Assembly: GCA_016840165.1 (NCBI GenBank)
Contig: JAEOSU010000069.1
Location: 1-15,318 of the forward strand
Direction: 5' to 3'
Length of the DNA: 15,318 bases
Source: Promethearchaeota archaeon
GTDB taxonomy: Archaea; Asgardarchaeota; Lokiarchaeia; Sigyniarchaeales; SOKP01
Position 1 is the stretch's first letter. Each line of letters opens with the position of its first letter. Shown here one piece after another: positions 9,492 to 15,318 of the stretch. The notes under the pieces were generated by a model. The model ran no database searches and was not told the DNA's origin. It saw nothing but the letters and a program-made list of their open reading frames with translations. The translations under genes and the position numbers were made by a program.

Positions 9492-10824
9492 TAGTATCCC
9501 TCTCTTTATTATTTTTAAAATTTAATCTTCTCAACTTGGCCGCATTCGCATGTGCAGTAAGCTTTTCAGCTTTAGCAATCTCTTCGGCGTATTGAGAAAG
9601 ATTAAGAGCACTCTCTTTATCGAAATTGATATAACTTATTCTTTTAATGAAATCATTGACCGATAATGCGGAAGAATAACGTGCAGTGCCACTAGTCGGC
9701 ATCACATGACTTGGACCAGCAACATAATCTCCTAAAACTTCAAAAGTGTTTTCTCCAATAAAAATTCCTCCCGCATTTTCAATTTTATTTAAAAAAGCTA
9801 TAGGATCTTCTACCATGAGAGTTAAATGTTCAGGTGCGAATTCATTTGATATCTCGATTGATTGGTTTGTGGATTGTGTAAATATTATTCCCCCATTATT
9901 TTCAATTGATTCTTGGATAACTGAGTTTCTATCTAAATTGATAATTTGACGTTCATATTCTTTTATTAAAGAATCAATTAAGGTTTGAGAAGATGTAATT
10001 ACTATCGGAATTGCACGCACGTCGTGTTCTGCTTGAGCGAGTAAATCTGCTACAATGAGAGATGGATTTGCCGTATCATCAGCAATAATTAGTGCCTCTG
10101 TTGGTCCATATAGTCCGTCAATACCAACAATTCCAAATACCTCTCTTTTCGCCAGAGTTACATAGATATTTCCCGGCCCTACAATTTTATCGACTTTCGG
10201 TACTTGTTTGGTTCCAAAAGCCATAGCTGCAATTGCTTGAGCTCCCCCCATCCTATAAAGGCGAAAATTTGCACCAAGTCGTTTTATTATTCCACAAACT
10301 GCGAAAATAACATCCGATAGCTTTCCACTTTTATTAGGAGGTGATGCTAAGATCAATTCCTTTGTTCCGGCGACAATAGCAGGAATTGCGGTCATCAAGA
10401 GTGAAGAGAATAATGGAGCAGAGCCTCCTGGAATATATATTCCTACTCTTCCAATCGGTTGTATAATTTGCCCTAGCTCTCCTCCGAGATCAAAATTCAT
10501 CCATGAAATAATTGGCTGAGATTTATGAAAACGGAAAATTCTATCTGCTGCAACCTCCAATGCGTTTCGTAATTTAGGGTCAACATTGTTGAGTGCTTCC
10601 TCAAAATCAGCATTTAAAACTTCAAATTCATCAAGATCTGCCTTATCCAACTTTAGGGTCCACTCTCTAACTGCTTGATCTCCTCTTTTTCTTACATCCT
10701 CAATTATCTTTCTTACAACTAGGTCAGGGTTTTCCTGTTGCCCCTCACTTTTAACAATCGAGAAAAGGTTTCTTTTCAATATTTTTTCTTTTGCCTCTTT
10801 TACGGAATATACTTTAATCGTCAA
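9484..10824 (-). CDS. hisD: Histidinol dehydrogenase
   Basis: GIYIPGG, GGAQAIAAMAFGT, KIVGPGN, DLLAQAEHD, APEHL and GDYVAGPSHVMPT. TTG start behind GGGGATGA. Confidence 0.97.
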   Translation of the reverse strand: MTIKVYSVKEAKEKILKRNLFSIVKSEGQQENPDLVVRKIIEDVRKRGDQAVREWTLKLDKADLDEFEVLNADFEEALNNVDPKLRNALEVAADRIFRFHKSQPIISWMNFDLGGELGQIIQPIGRVGIYIPGGSAPLFSSLLMTAIPAIVAGTKELILASPPNKSGKLSDVIFAVCGIIKRLGANFRLYRMGGAQAIAAMAFGTKQVPKVDKIVGPGNIYVTLAKREVFGIVGIDGLYGPTEALIIADDTANPSLIVADLLAQAEHDVRAIPIVITSSQTLIDSLIKEYERQIINLDRNSVIQESIENNGGIIFTQSTNQSIEISNEFAPEHLTLMVEDPIAFLNKIENAGGIFIGENTFEVLGDYVAGPSHVMPTSGTARYSSALSVNDFIKRISYINFDKESALNLSQYAEEIAKAEKLTAHANAAKLRRLNFKNNKERDTND

Positions 10825-11833
10825 TCATCCCCAATTCCATTTTTAATTGCCTGTATCTTAATGGTTCTTCTTCAAAAATATATAAAGTTGGAGCAATAAC
10901 GACACCACTGCCCCCAATAGCTCGTAAATTTGTGATAGCTTGTTGTAATTTTACTTTTTCTACAATTACATGAATCGCATACATTTTCTCCCCACTTTTG
11001 GTAAATACTGGAGAAATTGTCGGTCCTTGAAGTCCTTCTAACCCCTTTTTAGAAAAAATAGCTTGTGCAATCTCTTCGCTACTTTTTCCCCTCATATTGA
11101 CAAATAGTGAAACAAAATTTTGAGCACGCAAAGTAGCTTCAATATATTCAAGTAACTCACGTGCTAAAGTTAATACTGAGGTATGATTTAATGCCGTCCG
11201 ATTTCCAATCAAAACAGCTTCAGAATCAATTATTTTGCCTCCTTTAATTCGCTTTAAACGATTATCTTTTAAAGTCTGCCCTGTAGACACAAGATCTACT
11301 ATTATATCGCTATAATCTAATTCCGGATAGACCTCAAGAGAACTATTTCCCTTAATTAATTTATAGGAGATATCATGTTTAGCAAGAAATTTCTTTGTTA
11401 GATTTGAGAACTTAGTTGCGATTCGGATTGGTTTTTCTTTTTGTTCGATCTCTTCAATAGAATTTTCAGGCCAATCTTCGGGTATAGCGACTTCAAGACT
11501 ACATTTCCCAAAATTTAACGCATCGTGGATTATTATTAATTCATTTTCACTCGAAGTTAGATTTTCTAATACTAAGTCATAACCTACTATTCCCAATTCT
11601 AATGAGCCGTTTAGTATCCCTCTAATGATATCTAACTGTCGTTGATACACCAGTTTGACATTGATTGATTCTCGAATGAAACCAATATATTGTCTTTTCT
11701 TTCTTTGTATATTAAAGCCGCAGCTCTTTAAGAATTCCTCAGTCTCTAGTTCCATCCTTCCTTTTGAAGGAATGGATAGTCTCACATCTCGGTGTTTATA
11801 CTTAGGTGTTTGATTGAATTTCGATCTGTTCAT
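10814..11833 (-). CDS. hisG: ATP phosphoribosyltransferase, long form with C-terminal regulatory domain
   Basis: [31 protein letters not shown] and C-terminal [10 protein letters not shown]...[13 protein letters not shown] overlap with hisIE and GGAGG RBS. Confidence 0.96.
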   Translation of the reverse strand: MNRSKFNQTPKYKHRDVRLSIPSKGRMELETEEFLKSCGFNIQRKKRQYIGFIRESINVKLVYQRQLDIIRGILNGSLELGIVGYDLVLENLTSSENELIIIHDALNFGKCSLEVAIPEDWPENSIEEIEQKEKPIRIATKFSNLTKKFLAKHDISYKLIKGNSSLEVYPELDYSDIIVDLVSTGQTLKDNRLKRIKGGKIIDSEAVLIGNRTALNHTSVLTLARELLEYIEATLRAQNFVSLFVNMRGKSSEEIAQAIFSKKGLEGLQGPTISPVFTKSGEKMYAIHVIVEKVKLQQAITNLRAIGGSGVVIAPTLYIFEEEPLRYRQLKMELGMIDD

Positions 11834-12732
11834 TTACTTCGCCTCCGTAATTCATTTACAATCTCGCGAGGAGTGATCTTTTGGGTAGCCATTAAAACAA
11901 GTATAAAGTAGGTAAGATCTGCAATCTCCCAGATTAAATTATTGCGATCAGTATAATTAATGACTTCTAGTGATTCCTCTTTGATTTTCGCGAGTAATAA
12001 GTCATAATCCTCGGAAAGTCTTTTCGTATATGAATCTGTGGAGTTAGCATTCTGAATCCGACTTCTTAATATATTAAAAAGATAAGGAATAGAAAATCGT
12101 GAATTTTGAAAGCAAGAATATGAACCAGTATGACAAGCAACCCCGTTTTGATCTACTTGAAATAATAATGTATCAGCATCACAATCATAATAAATTTTTT
12201 TAATTATTTGAGTATTTCCCGATTGCTCACCTTTTATCCAGAGTCGGTTTCGCGATCTGCTAAAATAGATTGCTTTCCTCGTAATTATTGTACGTTTTAA
12301 TGATTCACGTGATGAATATGCTAACATTAATATGATATTATCAAGATCTTGAACGATTGTCGGAATTAATCCTTTTTGCTTTTCGAAATCTAAAGTATCT
12401 AGTAATAGATTATCTATTGATTCAAGATTGGTCTCATTATTAACACTGATAAACTTTTGATTGTTATTAGGATTAAAAATTCCTATTCTATATTTATTTA
12501 GCAAGCTTTTAAGCTCACTATTATTTCCTTTGGCTTCTATATCTATATCGATTTTTTGAGATATTTGGTCTATAATTTTTGTATTTAATAATTTAATTAG
12601 TTGTTCATTGTCTATTTCAAGCACTAGAGACAAAAATAAATCCCAATTTCTCTTTATAAATACCTCTTCAATAAACTCAAGTAAATCCCCAACCGATTCC
12701 ATACCATTCATATCAATTTTTAATTTTATCAT
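11830..12732 (-). CDS. hisIE: Bifunctional phosphoribosyl-AMP cyclohydrolase / phosphoribosyl-ATP pyrophosphohydrolase with about 110-aa extra N-terminal region
   Basis: HisI: [33 protein letters not shown] and [10 protein letters not shown]. HisE: [15 protein letters not shown] and EIADLTY. ATG 12732 has a GGGGG RBS 7 nt upstream and is preferred to TTG 12780. Confidence 0.93.
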   Translation of the reverse strand: MIKLKIDMNGMESVGDLLEFIEEVFIKRNWDLFLSLVLEIDNEQLIKLLNTKIIDQISQKIDIDIEAKGNNSELKSLLNKYRIGIFNPNNNQKFISVNNETNLESIDNLLLDTLDFEKQKGLIPTIVQDLDNIILMLAYSSRESLKRTIITRKAIYFSRSRNRLWIKGEQSGNTQIIKKIYYDCDADTLLFQVDQNGVACHTGSYSCFQNSRFSIPYLFNILRSRIQNANSTDSYTKRLSEDYDLLLAKIKEESLEVINYTDRNNLIWEIADLTYFILVLMATQKITPREIVNELRRRSK

Positions 12733-12840
12733 TTTATAACCCCCAAAACTGAATTTAGTTTCAGTTTTTTTTAACCCCAATGAAAGTTAGACCATAAATG
12801 TCATTATCATTGGGATTATAGATGATAATGCCAATGATGC
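12733..12840 (-). promoter_or_regulatory. Putative his attenuator RNA (alternative helices between the leader ORF and the hisIE RBS)
   Basis: mRNA-sense pairings: CAUUAUCAU(12830-12822):AUGAUAAUG(12810-12802); AUCAUUGG(12838-12831):CCAAUGAU(12813-12806); UAAUCCCAAUGA(12818-12807):UCAUUGGGGUUA(12783-12772); AAAACUGAA(12768-12760):UUCAGUUUU(12753-12745). Confidence 0.7.
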
Positions 12841-12980
12841 GCTTTAAAAGAAGAGTTTTCAAAAATTTCTGCGTTTACATCATTGATTTTAATAAGAAAA
12901 TCCTTATTAGAAGTAATTGGAAAGGAGATACTCAATATGGTAATTTCCGGTTTAATTGTACCAAATTGAAGATCAATCAT
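12816..12980 (-). CDS. Putative his operon leader peptide, 54 aa: MIDLQFGTIKPEITILSISFPITSNKDFLIKINDVNAEIFENSSFKAHHWHYHL
   Basis: Translated by hand. ATG 12980 is preceded by TAGTGAAAAATA, the same context as the 934 gene start. All four His codons (CAT) fall in the last 7 codons. The stop is 83 nt before the hisIE ATG. Confidence 0.75.
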   Translation of the reverse strand: MIDLQFGTIKPEITILSISFPITSNKDFLIKINDVNAEIFENSSFKAHHWHYHL

Positions 12981-13340
12981 TATTTTTCACTAATATTGAG
13001 TATTTACTACTACATAAGATTAATTAGGATCTTTAGGTTAACTACACTAAAAAATATTTGCTTTCAAACATAAATTTCTAAAGAAAGAGAATATTCATGT
13101 CTTTTAATAAAAGGAGAGTTTTAATAATTGATAATATTCTCATCCCAATTATATGCCTTATTATTTTATTCATACTTTCTATAGATCAAGGAGAATAGAC
13201 TGGGATTTTTGAACCTCCTGGTCTTTAGTTTATAGAATATATTTTTTAAAAAATCCTAATACTCTTTTAATTTTTAAGTTATTAAATTATTTTTAAATTA
13301 CCCCTATAAAAGACATAAGATAATTGAAGGTTGAAATCAC

Positions 13341-14222
13341 GTGCAAATTGAATTTTTAGATAAAAAGACAGCTTCCTCAGTTATATCAGAGAAGGATTTG
13401 TATCTTAGCAACTTTAGTAAATTTGACATTCAATCTCGATTAGGAATTATCGAGGAAGCAACTTTGAACGATTTGATGGAATTTCTTTCATATCAAACAC
13501 TTAACTGGGATGAATTTGAAAGAGAGACCGTTGAAAAAATCTTTTCTGACTTGGAGCGAGCTTATATGCCCTATAAAGAAAATTTTCCTAAACACATAGA
13601 ATTAATAAAAACCACAGGAAGAGAAGAAGCTGATGCTGCATATACAAGAAAAAATAGAATTTATATCCCCATTTCAATGCTAGAATGGAGCTATAATGAA
13701 TTAAAAGAACTAATAGCCCATGAACTATTCCACGTCTTTAGTAATATGAACCCCAAACTAAGAAATGGGTTATACACTAAATTAGGATTTATTCCCTGTC
13801 CAGATTTACAGATTCCAAAGGCTTATCAAGATTTTTATGTAACTAACCCTGATACAATAGGAAAAAATTGTTACCTTCAATTTCTAGAGAATGGAGAACT
13901 TGTAAAAGGTGTTTCTTTTCTCTATTCTAAAGGTCCATATCGCGGAGGGTACTTTTTTCAATATTTCCGCTTTTCTTTTCTCATAGCTGAAGTGACTTCA
14001 AACAGATGTACCCCCCTGTACGATGGAGATCATATCAGGTTTAGCAAAGTCCCTCAGAGTCTCTATGATTTATGTACTGAATTAGATCCCTATAATAATC
14101 AGCACCGAATCCATCCTGAAGAAATTTTAGCATATTATTGGAGTTTACTTCCTTTCAGATTCTCAGAAATTAGTTTCAATAAAAGAGTTTTTTTAAAAAA
14201 AATCAAAAGCAAAATAATGTGA
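13341..14222 (+). CDS. Putative zinc metallopeptidase (HEXXH)
   Basis: AYTRKNRIY...LIAHELFHV and a downstream HPEEILA third-ligand motif. GTG start behind GAAGGTTGA. Divergent from the his operon. Confidence 0.75.
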   Translation: MQIEFLDKKTASSVISEKDLYLSNFSKFDIQSRLGIIEEATLNDLMEFLSYQTLNWDEFERETVEKIFSDLERAYMPYKENFPKHIELIKTTGREEADAAYTRKNRIYIPISMLEWSYNELKELIAHELFHVFSNMNPKLRNGLYTKLGFIPCPDLQIPKAYQDFYVTNPDTIGKNCYLQFLENGELVKGVSFLYSKGPYRGGYFFQYFRFSFLIAEVTSNRCTPLYDGDHIRFSKVPQSLYDLCTELDPYNNQHRIHPEEILAYYWSLLPFRFSEISFNKRVFLKKIKSKIM

Positions 14223-14247
14223 GGATTTTCCTCATATAAGTAGATAC

Positions 14248-15018
14248 TTAATGCAATTTTAGATAATAGTAATAATATGCCTTTCTGAATTCTAAATCCT
14301 CATATAGTTTATTTGCAATACGATTCTGTACCTCAACTTGAAGCCAAATATATCTAGCATTATTCTTTAATGCCCATTCATCTATAAGTGTAAAAATCAT
14401 CGAAGTTGCAATATTATTTCGCCTATGGTCTGGAGCAACTAAGAGATCAGAGACATAAACGTATCCTTCAGAATTTAGCACTCCCATCAGTGTACCTACT
14501 ACTTTTTCTTTGAATTTCGCAAGAATAAAACATTTCTTAGGAATAGTTATTCTTCTTGAAATTTCAGTTATAATTTCTTGTTGTTCCTCATCTTTATTGG
14601 TATACTGGGCTAATAGATTCGAAAATTCTGGTATTCTATTATTATAAATTTCATAATTATAATATCTATTAATTTCACTCCTTTTAATTTCATTAATCTC
14701 TGAAATTAACGCATTCGTATGAGAATCCTCTTTATATCCACGAATTTTTAATATCTCATCCAAATTCTCAGGTTTAAAATAGTCATGCATGGTAAAAATT
14801 GTCGGTAAACCATATTTTTTATACTCTTTCTCTACAACTTCTATATCCTTTTCAATCTGGGTTTCATCTCCGATGTAATTTATAGGAAAAACCGAATTCG
14901 CTCGATAGGTTATCCCTCCCGTAAAACGCACGACCCATCCGTTTAAAAAATAGTAAAATTTTGATGGAAACGCATTCATTATATACTCTTGGAATCTTTT
15001 TACTGAATAAGGATCCAT
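14248..15018 (-). CDS. GNAT family N-acetyltransferase
   Basis: C-terminal motif A (LLVAPDHRRNNIAT) and motif B (IWLQVEVQNRIANKLYEDLEF). N-terminal GWVVRFTGG.TYRANSV. Confidence 0.88.
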   Translation of the reverse strand: MDPYSVKRFQEYIMNAFPSKFYYFLNGWVVRFTGGITYRANSVFPINYIGDETQIEKDIEVVEKEYKKYGLPTIFTMHDYFKPENLDEILKIRGYKEDSHTNALISEINEIKRSEINRYYNYEIYNNRIPEFSNLLAQYTNKDEEQQEIITEISRRITIPKKCFILAKFKEKVVGTLMGVLNSEGYVYVSDLLVAPDHRRNNIATSMIFTLIDEWALKNNARYIWLQVEVQNRIANKLYEDLEFRKAYYYYYLKLH

Positions 15019-15132
15019 TTTTCATCAATTACTGATTTTATGTTTATTAATCTATCTTTAGAAAATAATGATCCTATTCATATGAATGAACCTGCTAAGA
15101 CTATTGATTGTCTTTTAGAGTTAACACTATTA

Positions 15133-15318
15133 TTACTCTATTTTTTTCAATAATAAATTATAAATCTCATCAACATTCTTCTTAAAATCAAAAGGGTCAA
15201 ATTTTATTCCTAATCTTGTTTTTAAAAGAGGAGGTATATGATCAGGATCGTTAAAAATAGGGATAATTGGTTTTTTCATTATATCGGCTGCCGTCCACTC
15301 TTTTTCAACAGGTTCAGA
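15133..15318 (-). CDS. 3' end of a TIR-domain protein (partial, runs off the window)
   Basis: Hand translation: SEPVEKEWTAADIMKKPIIPIFNDPDHIPPLLKTRLGIKFDPFDFKKNVDEIYNLLLKKIE*. The S..V..EW..A....KPIIPIF...IP..L pattern matches the C-terminal half of TIR_2 domains. Confidence 0.7.
   Translation of the reverse strand, partial: SEPVEKEWTAADIMKKPIIPIFNDPDHIPPLLKTRLGIKFDPFDFKKNVDEIYNLLLKKIE

Noticed and set aside
3169-9949. Short shadow ORFs (3169..3429, 4684..4932, 5168..5422, 6418..6651, 7968..8165, 8159..8383, 9746..9949)
   Set aside because: All lie within or antisense to well-supported genes and show no motifs.
12745-12772. Hairpin + T8 as a classical intrinsic terminator
   Set aside because: The T8 run is on the plus strand, antisense to the operon, with no plus-strand gene to terminate. 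In the his sense only UUUU follows, so it is kept only as part of the attenuator hypothesis.
12733-12780. TTG 12780 as the hisIE start
   Set aside because: ATG 12732 has a well-spaced GGGGG RBS. The extension encodes low-complexity sequence lying over the hairpin.
12822-13073. 83-aa plus-strand ORF (MIMPMMRF...) in the his upstream region
   Set aside because: Antisense to the leader. Its Met cluster is just the reverse complement of the CAT His codons. No recognisable RBS or motif.
13010-13085. Candidate TATA boxes and a short AAGAT-N8-ATCTT palindrome upstream of the leader
   Set aside because: Several AT-rich candidates exist and none can be distinguished from background without TSS data.
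1-15318. CRISPR arrays, tRNA/rRNA genes, IS elements
   Set aside because: No regularly spaced repeats, GC-rich structured RNA genes or transposase motifs seen.

Overview
AT-rich prokaryotic window, probably archaeal and Lokiarchaeia/Asgard-like. That assignment is inferred from the style of the flanking genes, GTGA/GGAGG-type RBSs and TATA-like boxes, and is not proven. The core is a compact, translationally coupled histidine operon on the minus strand: hisIE (with an extra N-terminal domain)-hisG-hisD-hisC-hisB-hisH-hisA/F, where HisA and HisF form one polypeptide that apparently starts at a CTG codon. Directly upstream is a 54-codon ORF missing from the ORF track (12980..12816, minus) ending ...AHHWHYHL*. 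It is followed by mutually exclusive RNA helices that reach the hisIE ribosome-binding site, which looks like a His leader-peptide attenuator and is the most interesting element here. Flanking genes encode an M14 carboxypeptidase, a large 2-TM membrane protein with a C-terminal NUDIX domain (bracketed by a decayed copy and an intact copy of a small membrane gene), an ICMT/PEMT-type methyltransferase, a HEXXH metallopeptidase, a GNAT and the 3' end of a TIR-domain gene.
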